Shown here piece by piece: positions 12,824-22,490 of a DNA stretch of 64,000 nucleotides. The stretch spans positions 57,970,001 through 58,034,000 of the forward strand of contig CM060733.1 of assembly GCA_030704615.1 (NCBI GenBank). The letters run 5' to 3'. The first letter of the stretch is position 1. Each line of letters starts with the position of its first letter. Under the pieces are notes generated by a model, which had not been told where the DNA came from, did no database searches, and saw only the letters and a program-made list of their open reading frames with translations. The stretch comes from Takakia lepidozioides (Eukaryota; Plantae; Bryophyta). A program made the translations under genes and the position numbers.

Positions 12824-13013
12824 TGTCGTGCGCATACATATCGCTACACAACTACATCGCTGTCCAAAACCACACAACACATGTGCACACCACACACTAG
12901 TATACCACTAGTCTACCACTAGTCCAGCCACTAGTCCAACCACTAGGCTACAACTAGTCAGTCACTAGGCTGCCACTACGCTGCCCACTATGGCAGTCAC
13001 TAGTCCACACAAT
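12824..13013 (-). repeat. Split direct repeat B1 (190 bp)
   Basis: Direct repeat of 12305-12494, separated from A2 by a 2-bp GC spacer inside the palindrome GACAGCTGTC. Confidence 0.95.
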
Positions 13014-13023
13014 CGCCCCCCTA
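13014..13023 (-). promoter_or_regulatory. Polypurine tract-like sequence just upstream of B1
   Basis: Minus strand reads AGGGGGGCG-ATTGTG. Also present in the second copy at ~29365-29374. Confidence 0.6.
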
Positions 13024-13271
13024 GCTGGTGCTTAGGTCCCTCTAAGTCCAGGTAGCCACAAGATGTGATAGTGACCATAGCCTCACTAAGTCCTCCACCA
13101 CTATCCCTACTACACTCAAACTCGATAGATCAAGAGGCCGGGTGCAAGAGTTGCCCCATCGTTAGTCGCCGTCTTGCAACCTGTGAACTTGAGCTTGGGA
13201 TCTCATGTATTGACTCCTATGAGCTTGGCCTCCCATGTCTTGTTAGCTGCCTCCAGTCATGTCCACTGCCA

Positions 13272-16200
13272 CTATCCCAAGCAGTGTGGACACAACCAAT
13301 CTCCGTCAGGAACCTTCTCAAGAGGTGGTGTCAAGCATCCCATATGCCAACCCCTTGAGCACCGATCACACACCAGCATGGTGGCTGCCCCTTTGGCAGA
13401 CCCACAGAGCATGCACCTCAAACCTGCAGGTACCACTGCCAAGTTTGGGTCAACTCTGCCATCGACATTGGGAAGGTGACATGGCGCACAATTACGCACA
13501 TGGTCTTTCCAAGTCATGCCATCCCGACCCTCTAAGATCAGGACCCCTGAGGGCAACACCTCTCGAACCCTCAGAATAACACGCCCTGCAGTAACATCCA
13601 GAGTCGTAGGAGCAGTCTGCTGCAAATAAACATAGTCACCAGGGCTAAACCTCCGAACCCCAGGACGATATCCTCCACCACGTATAGTGGCATACCTCAA
13701 CGTATCACGGTGCTGTGCAATGGCAAGGTTCTCAAAAGCCATGGGCATGACTTTCTTGAACAACTCTGCACGCTGATCACATGCACGTACCCACACGTCC
13801 GGATCGTCAAGGTTAAGGACTTGAGCAGTGTCCCTACGAATGGCTGCAGGCAAATCCGGCTCTCGGCCAAAGAGAAGGAAATATGGTGAGAAGGAGGCAA
13901 GTGATGCTTGTTTGCTGAACCTGTAGCCCATGGCTAACCAAGGAACCTGAAGATCCCAATCTCCTAGGTGTCCCTTCTGCAAGCCATACTTGCGCAAACC
14001 CCTCTTCACCGTCTGAACAACTCTCTCTGCTAAGCCATCGGCCTCAGGATGATCCCGAGAAGTGGTGCGGTGGTCTATCAAGGCTTTATCACACAAAGCC
14101 TGAAACTCCCCCAAGAACTCTCTCCCTTGGTCCGTGAGTACCTCAGCTGGAGCACCAAATCGGCTAAGCACACGATCCAAGAATGCATACGCAGCCCCCT
14201 CACTAGCCTTGTCAGGCAATGGAACCAACTCAATCCACTTGGAGAAGTGCTCCACCATCACCAACACATATCTGTGGTGGCGCATAGTCAGTGGCAACGG
14301 TCCTGCGAAGTCAAGACTCCACCTGTAGCCCAATCCCATGATAGGTAAAGGATGCAACTGTGGTGTAGGGGCGTTGAATGAAGCACGCACCCTGTCACAC
14401 ACCATGCACCTAGCCACAAACTGTTGCACCTCTGTATGCATACCACGCCACCAATACTGCCCCTGCAGTAAACTGTGAGTGCGTCGCACTCCAAAATGCC
14501 CCAACTCCTCATGGGCATGCCGCACTAACCGTGCACGCTGTGTGGGGTGAGGCACAATCCTCACCCGACCATCCTCCCACACTCGAAGTAGGTGTATCCC
14601 CTCCCACTTGAACCTCTTGGCTCGTTGCAGGATCCGATCCCTCTCCCTGGCAGTCACAATGGCTGCCGTGTCTCCCGTGCGGAGGTAGTCCAACACAGCC
14701 GAATCCTCATGTATATCTCTGGCACCACCTAGCTCATCACTAGCCTCAGGGTCCTCAGACACTCCGTCTACAGTCATCCCTGTTGTAGGTCCAATCTGAC
14801 CTCCCGATGCCAAGATACACAAAAATGCAGATGCGTGCCATCCCGACACCATCTCCTCGTCCGTCTCACCATGCCACCGAGCTCCAGTGTCATCCTGCTG
14901 GCTCATGCATGGATTGCGACTCAATCCATCCGCATCCCGATTGACCAAACCCGGTCGATGCACAACCTGAAAGTCATACTCCTGGAGTATAAGTGCCCAC
15001 CGTGCAAGCTTCCCTGTAAGCTTGTCTGACTCCATCAACCACTTGAGTGGCTGGTGATCCGTGACAAGGGTGAAAAGATTGCCGTATAGATAGCACCTGA
15101 AGTGTGCCACGGCCCACACTGCAGCTAAGCACTCTCCCTCATATGAGCTGTACTTAGCCTCTGCAGCGTTGTTCGAGCGGCTAGCGTAAGCCACTACGAA
15201 CTCTCTTCCCTCATCATCCACCTGTGTGAGCACCGCTCCAAGCCCCAGCATGCTCCAATCCGTATGCAGCTGAAAGGGACGCCCCCTGATAGGTCGTCTC
15301 AAGATAGGCGCCGAGGTCAACCTCGCCTTGAGCTCTTGAAAAGCTCGTTCCTGCTCATCTTCCCACTGCCACTCCTGGTCCACCTTGGTCAGCTTGGTTA
15401 GAGCCTTTGCAATGGTACTAAATCCCTTGACAAACCGTCTATAATAGTTTGCCAACCCCATGAAAGCTCGAACTCGGCTCACATCCGTGGGGCGTGGAAT
15501 TTGTGCAATGGCCTCTACCTTAGTCTGCTGTACCCCCAATCCTCCAGGATATATCATGTGACCCAGATACTCAATCTGGTTGTGGAAAAACTTGCACTTC
15601 CCCGGATGCAACTTCAATCCGTGCGCTCTCAAGCGCTCCAATACCACCTGAAGGTGTCTCTCATGCTCCTCCATCGTAACACTAAAGATGATGATGTCAT
15701 CTATGTAGCACCGAGCAAAGTCCACCCCTGCTAGAATCCTATCCATGACTCTCTGAAACTCTGCAGGAGCATTCTTAAGCCCAAATGGTAAGAACCGCCA
15801 CTGATATAGGCAATCCTTGCCGTGCTCATTGATCCCCCAGAATGTCGTCTTCTGCTTGTCCGCCTCCTTGATTGGCAACTGGTGATATCCGGATCGTAAA
15901 TCCAAAGTGCTAAAGGCCTTAGCATGCCCGATGGCATCAAAGATCTCCTCTGGTGTTGGCATGGCATACTTATCGGACTTGGTCTGACGATTTACAGGCC
16001 GGTAATCACCGCACATACGTCTCTCCGTCCAATTGCCATAGACATCCTTCTTGGCTGGCATCACTGTGGCTGAAGCATACTCTCCACCAGAGAGCTCCAC
16101 CAAACCTGCCTCCCAGAGATCTTGAGTCCTCATCTGAATCAAAGACCTCTCCATGTCACTGTATCTATAGGGTCTCCGAAAGATTGGCGTGTCAGTGGCC

Positions 16201-16406
16201 AACTCAATACGGATCTCTTGACCCTTCAGTGCTCCCAAGTCCTTCAAACTGAAGGCAAAGCAATTCCTGTAAGCCCTCAGGAACCGCCGTATACGTCGTC
16301 TCTCTCCTCCGGTGACAATGGGTCCAATGTCAGGCTCCCAATTGTCCTCCGTAACTACAACCTTAAGTCCAGTGGGCTTAGAGGTAGAGGACGCGTCCCG
16401 TGGTTG
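13272..16406 (-). CDS. pol: Pol: reverse transcriptase, RNase H, DDE integrase and C-terminal PHD finger
   Basis: LDLRSGYHQ, LPFGLKNAP, YIDD; TDWS..GAVL, TDHQPL, DADGLSR; H..H..CMVC, WSLDFAG, LTDQGREF, GLAER; PHD C4HC3. The frame is open back to the TAG at 16407-16409 and in frame with the upstream ORF. Confidence 0.95.
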   Translation of the reverse strand, partial: QPRDASSTSKPTGLKVVVTEDNWEPDIGPIVTGGERRRIRRFLRAYRNCFAFSLKDLGALKGQEIRIELATDTPIFRRPYRYSDMERSLIQMRTQDLWEAGLVELSGGEYASATVMPAKKDVYGNWTERRMCGDYRPVNRQTKSDKYAMPTPEEIFDAIGHAKAFSTLDLRSGYHQLPIKEADKQKTTFWGINEHGKDCLYQWRFLPFGLKNAPAEFQRVMDRILAGVDFARCYIDDIIIFSVTMEEHERHLQVVLERLRAHGLKLHPGKCKFFHNQIEYLGHMIYPGGLGVQQTKVEAIAQIPRPTDVSRVRAFMGLANYYRRFVKGFSTIAKALTKLTKVDQEWQWEDEQERAFQELKARLTSAPILRRPIRGRPFQLHTDWSMLGLGAVLTQVDDEGREFVVAYASRSNNAAEAKYSSYEGECLAAVWAVAHFRCYLYGNLFTLVTDHQPLKWLMESDKLTGKLARWALILQEYDFQVVHRPGLVNRDADGLSRNPCMSQQDDTGARWHGETDEEMVSGWHASAFLCILASGGQIGPTTGMTVDGVSEDPEASDELGGARDIHEDSAVLDYLRTGDTAAIVTARERDRILQRAKRFKWEGIHLLRVWEDGRVRIVPHPTQRARLVRHAHEELGHFGVRRTHSLLQGQYWWRGMHTEVQQFVARCMVCDRVRASFNAPTPQLHPLPIMGLGYRWSLDFAGPLPLTMRHHRYVLVMVEHFSKWIELVPLPDKASEGAAYAFLDRVLSRFGAPAEVLTDQGREFLGEFQALCDKALIDHRTTSRDHPEADGLAERVVQTVKRGLRKYGLQKGHLGDWDLQVPWLAMGYRFSKQASLASFSPYFLLFGREPDLPAAIRRDTAQVLNLDDPDVWVRACDQRAELFKKVMPMAFENLAIAQHRDTLRYATIRGGGYRPGVRRFSPGDYVYLQQTAPTTLDVTAGRVILRVREVLPSGVLILEGRDGMTWKDHVRNCAPCHLPNVDGRVDPNLAVVPAGLRCMLCGSAKGAATMLVCDRCSRGWHMGCLTPPLEKVPDGDWLCPHCLG

Positions 16407-19400
16407 CTATGCTGCAACCTCTTGAGCAGTACTCCCTGCCTGCTCAGTCAATGACAAGGCCTCATCCTGCCCCATCATCTCATCCTTGAGGACCTCCTCA
16501 ACCCGAGAAGAATCCCCAACCTCATCTATCACAGCCGCCTTGGCTGCCAACTCCCTCTGAACCTCGAGCACCTCCCACGTGTGCCATGGATGCATGCACC
16601 CCGTGGTCCTCACATGCTCGCCCCCACTCACTGCCTGTACCGTCTCGGTAGGCAGAGAGACCATTGAGGGAAGTGTATTCCGCACTCTGCGTTGCTCAGC
16701 CAGAGCCAAGCTGATAATCCAGGTCAAGCAATTGAGATCCATTGCTTGCCCCAACACTTGACGACGTGATGCCTCAGAAAGAGACGACACCGCCGTGGTA
16801 CCAGTGGTAAAACCCATTGCCCGCTCACGCTCGTCAGCATTAGGCTCCACTAACTGCTGCAACTGAGCATCCCACAGGAGGCCAGGTCCACTATCCCGGA
16901 AAGCATGCGATCCTGGGAAGCTGAGCAGTGTAGGTAATGCTGCTCGTGGTTGACCCACCTTGTTGACCACTGCCAAAGGCGAACGGTCATCGTGTCTCAC
17001 ACGTTGAGACTGCCTCCCTGTGTCCAGAATGTTATCCACTGTGAGATGTGCTGGCCGCTGCACCCCATCAAATGCACGCTTGAGCAGTGCGGGTGGCATC
17101 ATGTTAGTCCACCATAGCCGTGGACGATGAGCCCGTGACCCCACTGTAGCTGCATCTAGCAACACTGCTGACCCAAGCCACGACCGGACTTGATGCACAC
17201 TGGCCATCACCCTGGCCCGAGAATCGCCCATCAGTGGCACATTCTCCAAGATGTATGCTGGAGATACAGCTTGATGAAGCTGCAAGTGGCGCAAAACCCG
17301 CACCATCTCCCAAAACAGACCCGACCTCGAGTCTCGCAATCCATTGCCATGCCCGGCTGATGAATGCCCTTGGCAGGGCCAACCTGCCACTACCAGATCA
17401 ATGGAGCCAACCCGCTCCAAATCCTGCGCCCCCAGCAACGAAATGTCTGCTGGCAAGGCCTGCTGATATCCACGAATTGCAGACACCGACAACAACTCAG
17501 GGTACCGCTGCACCAACTGAGCAACATGGCGAAGTGAAACGCGTCGTGCAGTCTCATCCCTCTCCACATACAGGTAACGCCGAACTCGTACACCTGCCTG
17601 TAACACAGCAGCCAATCCGGTGCTGATCCCGCCAAACAAGTCCAGAAGACAAATGCCTTCATCCGGAGACTGCCACACAATAGGTGTGGTGTCCAATGGA
17701 GACAATTGAGGTGGTCCTGGTGCAATCCCCACACTCTCCTCCTCTCCTGACGGTACAAAAGCCTCCACCCAGGCTTGTTGCACCCGTCGATCAGCATCCC
17801 GCTGCAAATCCTTGCTCGTGCCCCACAATGGAGTCTGAGCAACCATGGTAGGCAACTCCGCCATACCATACATGTCATCCTGCTCTCCCGGAGGTGGTAC
17901 ATCCTCTGAATGAGCATTGCCCTCAAGCAACTCTCTAGGCCAACTCACTGCCGCTGTGAATGCTGCTAGTGTCGGCATCTTGCCTCGCTGGGCAACCGCA
18001 ACTCCTCCTATGAACGTCACAGGGAGCTGCACACGCCGGCCCTCCCCTGACTGCCATGCAGGCCTATAGGAAGCTGACTCCTCCCAAAAATCCAGGGTGA
18101 AGCCCATGGGGTACAACACTGCCCCACCAACCAGGACATCGTATGAGACTGCGTCTGTCACAATGGCCTTGGCTCGCATCACTGAGCCATCTGTAGGGTG
18201 ATCCGGCCGTAGTCTGATAGCCAACTCATGCCGTGTCATGCCCCGAGCCTGCTCCGATCCTCCCAGAGACGTCTGTATCTGGAAAGGACAAGGCTCCATA
18301 TCCGCCTCCGTGAGGCCCAAGCCTGCAATAGCAGCTCTGCCCAGCATCAGTGGCTGAGCTCCCGAGTCCAACAAGACTCGCAGTGGCCGGTACCTCTTGC
18401 CTGCCGGTCCACTCAAACAGAAAATGCCATCCTGGTTGTCTAACATGACAACTCCAGGTGTCACCATGGCGCGCTCAATGGCTGGCCTAGCTGGCAGCTC
18501 CATCAACCTGGCAGCTGCAGCTTGCCATGGCGCCGCCGTGGCAGTCTTGACCCTCAAATCCGAGGATCCCTCCGGCACTACACCTCCCACTATCTCCGCA
18601 GAAGATGAAGTAACCTCCCCACTCTCACAGAGTGTAGCTGCCAGCCTGAACACCTCAGCTGGTCTTATCCCCGGCGTCGCAATCATGGTAGCCGAGAACA
18701 ATGGAGCCTGGCACACAGATGTGGCCGCTCCTAGCAGCACACTAGCTGCCGTAGCCTTGGCAACACTAGGTAGTGGTGCTACCCGTGTAGCTCTCCCCAA
18801 TGGCATAGTAACCTCCGCCTCGGTAACAGTCGGGCGAGAACTAGGTGCCATGGATGGCGTCGACACTGTCTCCGCCAATGTGAATGACTGAGGAAGCCTA
18901 GCCTGACGGCTTGCCTCCCCACGCTGTGGATCCAACTCCACCTCTGCACCTCGTGGCTCAGGAACTCGTGCTGCTCCTCGAGTCACGGCTGCAGCAGACT
19001 CCACCTGCACTAGTGGTAGTGCTGCTCCACACATGAATCCCATGCCTCCCATATCTCCTCCCTCAGGAGCAGGAGGTGGACCATCCGGCCTTAGAGCCGG
19101 TACCACCTGAGCTGTAGCCATGGCAGCGAGCCTCTGCTCTAGCTGCTGAAGCCGGTTGGCCATGCCTTGGTCAACACCCTGACCTCCGCGTCCTTGGCCA
19201 CGTTGAGCTTGCCCTTGGCCTCGTGGCTGGCCACCTCGTCCCCTCTGGGCTGCTCCACCTCGCCCCCGGCCACCATTGTTCCCTTGGAACTGGCCTGGGC
19301 GCAACTCAGGATGCAAACCATAACACTGAGCCTCTCCATGCCCGTGTTTGCCACAATGCCCACACTGTAACTGTGCAGGCTGTGCATGTGCCGCCCTTTG

Positions 19401-19478
19401 CCTCCTCTGGACAATCCTTCTTGACATGGGGTCCTCCACATGTCCAGCACACCACATCCGCCCGTTGTTGGCCAGCAA
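16407..19478 (-). CDS. Second zinc knuckle, aspartic protease and DNMT3-like C5 cytosine methyltransferase
   Basis: CGHCGKHGHGEAQC; LLDSGAQ protease; MTase motifs LDLFGGI (I), GWPCQG (IV), ENV (VI), RPRLWW (VIII), ERERAMGF (IX), RRQVLGQAM (X). MTase domain ~16712-17654. Confidence 0.92.
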   Translation of the reverse strand: MLANNGRMWCAGHVEDPMSRRIVQRRQRAAHAQPAQLQCGHCGKHGHGEAQCYGLHPELRPGQFQGNNGGRGRGGAAQRGRGGQPRGQGQAQRGQGRGGQGVDQGMANRLQQLEQRLAAMATAQVVPALRPDGPPPAPEGGDMGGMGFMCGAALPLVQVESAAAVTRGAARVPEPRGAEVELDPQRGEASRQARLPQSFTLAETVSTPSMAPSSRPTVTEAEVTMPLGRATRVAPLPSVAKATAASVLLGAATSVCQAPLFSATMIATPGIRPAEVFRLAATLCESGEVTSSSAEIVGGVVPEGSSDLRVKTATAAPWQAAAARLMELPARPAIERAMVTPGVVMLDNQDGIFCLSGPAGKRYRPLRVLLDSGAQPLMLGRAAIAGLGLTEADMEPCPFQIQTSLGGSEQARGMTRHELAIRLRPDHPTDGSVMRAKAIVTDAVSYDVLVGGAVLYPMGFTLDFWEESASYRPAWQSGEGRRVQLPVTFIGGVAVAQRGKMPTLAAFTAAVSWPRELLEGNAHSEDVPPPGEQDDMYGMAELPTMVAQTPLWGTSKDLQRDADRRVQQAWVEAFVPSGEEESVGIAPGPPQLSPLDTTPIVWQSPDEGICLLDLFGGISTGLAAVLQAGVRVRRYLYVERDETARRVSLRHVAQLVQRYPELLSVSAIRGYQQALPADISLLGAQDLERVGSIDLVVAGWPCQGHSSAGHGNGLRDSRSGLFWEMVRVLRHLQLHQAVSPAYILENVPLMGDSRARVMASVHQVRSWLGSAVLLDAATVGSRAHRPRLWWTNMMPPALLKRAFDGVQRPAHLTVDNILDTGRQSQRVRHDDRSPLAVVNKVGQPRAALPTLLSFPGSHAFRDSGPGLLWDAQLQQLVEPNADERERAMGFTTGTTAVSSLSEASRRQVLGQAMDLNCLTWIISLALAEQRRVRNTLPSMVSLPTETVQAVSGGEHVRTTGCMHPWHTWEVLEVQRELAAKAAVIDEVGDSSRVEEVLKDEMMGQDEALSLTEQAGSTAQEVAA

Positions 19479-20571
19479 ATGAAGGGAGAGACCCCTGCAT
19501 CTGAGGTCCTCTCTGCCCTTCCCTGAGCTTCACCTGAGCCCCCTTGTTGCCTTGAGCACGTTGAGGTAGTGGTTGGCTAGGAGCACCACTACCCCGTGGT
19601 GTCTCCTTAGCAAATCCCACCATGACCACTCGTTCCTCCACCATGTTGAGCTCTATCCGCTCTGCCAGCAAAAACACATTTGCTAAGGTGGGTTGGGCCG
19701 CTTGTAGGAGAGTTGCATCCCGCACCCTTCTCCTCAGCTCCTTGTCCAATATCCCATACCAGAATTGGACTGCCTGAGCTTCCGTAACCCCTTGGGTTAC
19801 ATTTATCAAGCGCCTCATGCGAGTGAAAGCCTCCCTCAAGCTCTCGGTCGGCTTCCGTTGGAACTCTTGCAAGCTCCGCAACTTCTCTGTCCTCACCCCT
19901 TGGTAGTTCCCTCTCAACTCTTCGAAGAACTCCACAACAGGGTTGAAGGCAGGCACGGGTGCTAGTGCTGGTGCGGTAGTGGCTTGGGTGGACGTCGTAG
20001 CTACTGTACCACCAGTCCCACTGCTGCTTGCTGAAGCTGCCGGTGCAGCGGCAGGTGTAGCCACTGCCCTCGTGGCTCTAGTGCCCCTAGTGATGGAGAC
20101 ATAGTCGGGTGACCAGTACATCCTCCACTCCTCGATCTCAACCTCATGCCCCCGCCTGAACTCATGGTAATCATCCATAGGCGGCCCCTCAAGGTGCTGA
20201 AACAGCCCCTTCCATGCCATGAAAGGCGTAAATAGTTGTGGATTGCGCATTTGCTGCAAATCACACCAACTATCAAACTCTTGGATAAAATCATCCAACT
20301 CGATGGTGCCCACCGCCCCAGAGTATCTTCGTGGCCCCTTGGTAGCTCCATACATCTCCTCCATTGTGTCCCACAACAATGGCAAAGAAACAACTTGCAC
20401 CGCCGGTATGAGTCCTCCTGATTCACAATCCGAATCAGAACCTTCCGTAGAAGACACAGGAGGTGAAGGTGGCCTAAACCGCACACCTCGTCTCGTGTAC
20501 CCACTAGTATCGCTAGTGCTCGAACCGGCACTGTCCCCAGCAACTAGTGGCACCTCCGTGTTGACACTCAA
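19306..20571 (-). CDS. gag: Gag (capsid-like region and CCHC zinc knuckle); first ATG at 20364
   Basis: PRRYSG..ELDDFIQEF, FQRKPTESLREAFTRM, QFWYGIL..ELRRRV, CWTCGGPHVKKDC. Overlaps the next ORF, which is in the +1 frame. Confidence 0.85.
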   Translation of the reverse strand: MSVNTEVPLVAGDSAGSSTSDTSGYTRRGVRFRPPSPPVSSTEGSDSDCESGGLIPAVQVVSLPLLWDTMEEMYGATKGPRRYSGAVGTIELDDFIQEFDSWCDLQQMRNPQLFTPFMAWKGLFQHLEGPPMDDYHEFRRGHEVEIEEWRMYWSPDYVSITRGTRATRAVATPAAAPAASASSSGTGGTVATTSTQATTAPALAPVPAFNPVVEFFEELRGNYQGVRTEKLRSLQEFQRKPTESLREAFTRMRRLINVTQGVTEAQAVQFWYGILDKELRRRVRDATLLQAAQPTLANVFLLAERIELNMVEERVVMVGFAKETPRGSGAPSQPLPQRAQGNKGAQVKLREGQRGPQMQGSLPSFAGQQRADVVCWTCGGPHVKKDCPEEAKGGTCTACTVTVWALWQTRAWRGSVLWFAS

Positions 20572-21289
20572 CCGGTCATGAACATGTCCATAACCCCCTC
20601 TTCACAAGGTAACCGGGTAGAGAACCTGTTGCGGCTTATGGTTTGGAATACTAAGTTCCTAACATAGCCTACACCTGTACCTGCATCCACCGCAAGCACT
20701 CCTATGGTTGGCTGGTCATCACCTCCAACCTCACCACAGGAGAAACAATGATGGTCTGGCTGGTCATCACCCCAGCCTCACCATCGACAGCATGCTCTAG
20801 GACTGGCCGGTGATCAAATCCGGACCAATCACCTATAAAAACAAGCGCCCACACAAAACTAGCATGGCGCACAGTCAAGCATGCAGGTATGGAGGGGATC
20901 CAAACACAAGAAATCAGATCACAACTCCCCCACACCAAAAACAACTCCACGGTGTTGCTCCTGCAAGGACACCCCAGCCCAAACCCGGACTGACTCTTGC
21001 CTCCACCTACGGAAAGGTCTTGGCCTAATGAGAGGGTGGAAACTACGAGGAAGAGAAGCTAAAGCAATGCCTAATCCCAGCATGCCTCTCATCCCAACAC
21101 TCTGCCTCTCCTCTCTACCCTCACTTGCATGACCATGGGAATATCATGAAGATACTCCTCAAACCGCCCTCCACGAGCTTCAAAATTCGGCCTTCCAGAC
21201 CACATGCCAGTCCTTAGGCAGTCCACCAGTGCCTCCACGAGTCAGCACAGGCCGTCCACAGGTCAACACGGGCCACCACAGACCAGCAC

Positions 21290-22490
21290 AGGCCCCCACA
21301 GCTCACTGGTCACAGCCGTCACAGTCCCACAGGCCACTGGGCACAGCCTGTCGCAGCCCCTCACAGCTCACTGGTCACAGCCGTCACAGTCCCACAGGCC
21401 ACTGGGCACAGCCTGTCACAGCCCCTCACAGCCTGTCACAGCCTCAAAGGCCTCAGGCACGGCCTGTCACAGCCCCTCACAGCCCCAAAGGCCATGGGCA
21501 CGGCCTGTCACAGCCCCTCACAGCCCGTCACAGCCCCAAAGGCCTCAGGCACGGCCTGTCACAGCCCCTCACAGCCCGTCACAGCCCCAAAGGCCTCAGG
21601 CACGGCCTGTCACAGCCCCTCACAGCCCGTCACAGCCTCAAAGGCCTCAGGCACGGCCTGTCACAGCCCCTCACAGCCCCTCACAGCCTCAAAGGCCTCA
21701 GGCATGGCCTGTCACAGCCCTCATAGCCCGTCACAGCCCGTCACAGCCCATCACAGCCCCAAGGCCATGGGCACGGTCTGTCACAGCCCCTCACAGCCCC
21801 ACAGTCACAGCCACAGCCTCACAGGGCACAGGGCACAGCCTGTCACAGCCCATCACAGCCCATCACAGCTTGCCACACAGCCCGTCACAGCCTCACAGCC
21901 TCAAAGGCCTCAGGCACAGGCCTGTCACAGCCCTCACAGCCTCAAAGGCCTCAGGCACGGCCTGTCACAGCCCCTCACAGCCCGTCACAGCCCCAAAGGC
22001 CATGGGCACGGCCTGTCACAGCCCCTCACAGCCCGTCACAGCCCCAAGGCCATGGCACAGCCTGTCACAGCTCGCCACAGCCCGTCACAGCCCCACAGGC
22101 CTCAGGCACAGCCTGTCACAGCCCCGCACAACCCGTCACAGCCCCAAAGGCCACTGGGCACAGCCTGTCACAGCCTGACACAGCCCGTCACAGCCCCACA
22201 GGGCACAAGGCACAGCCTGTCACAGCCCATCACAGCCCATCACAGCCTGTCACAGCTTGCCACAGCCTGTCCCAGCCCGTCACAGCCCGTCACAGCTCCA
22301 CAGGCACAGGGCACAGCCTGTCACAGCTTGCACAGCCCATCACAGCCCGTCACAGCCCGTCACAGCTCGCCACAGCCTGACACAGCCCATCACAGCCCCA
22401 CAGGCACAGGCACAGCTTGTCACAGCCCCTCACAGCTCGCCACAGCCTGACACAGCCCGTCACAGCTTGCACAGCCTGTCACAGCCCCAC
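21290..22490. repeat. ~1.2-kb tandem array of ~10-bp (G/C)TCACAGCCC monomers with a 51-bp higher-order unit, in the element leader
   Basis: Visible directly. The plus-strand ORF repeats a 17-aa unit (RPVTAPHSPSQPQRPQA), equal to 51 bp. Confidence 0.95.

Noticed and set aside
12305-13013. Reading 12305-12821 as a separate solo LTR inserted next to another element
   Set aside because: The only TSD (TGGC) flanks the whole 12305-24350 unit, and removing that whole unit restores the host ORF.
16407-19478. Host DNMT3 gene or bacterial methyltransferase contamination
   Set aside because: It is intronless, in frame with a retroviral protease and RT, and inside TSD-bounded repeats.
21290-22490. CRISPR-like appearance of the repeat arrays (also 28080-29174)
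   Set aside because: No unique spacers, no cas genes, eukaryotic context.
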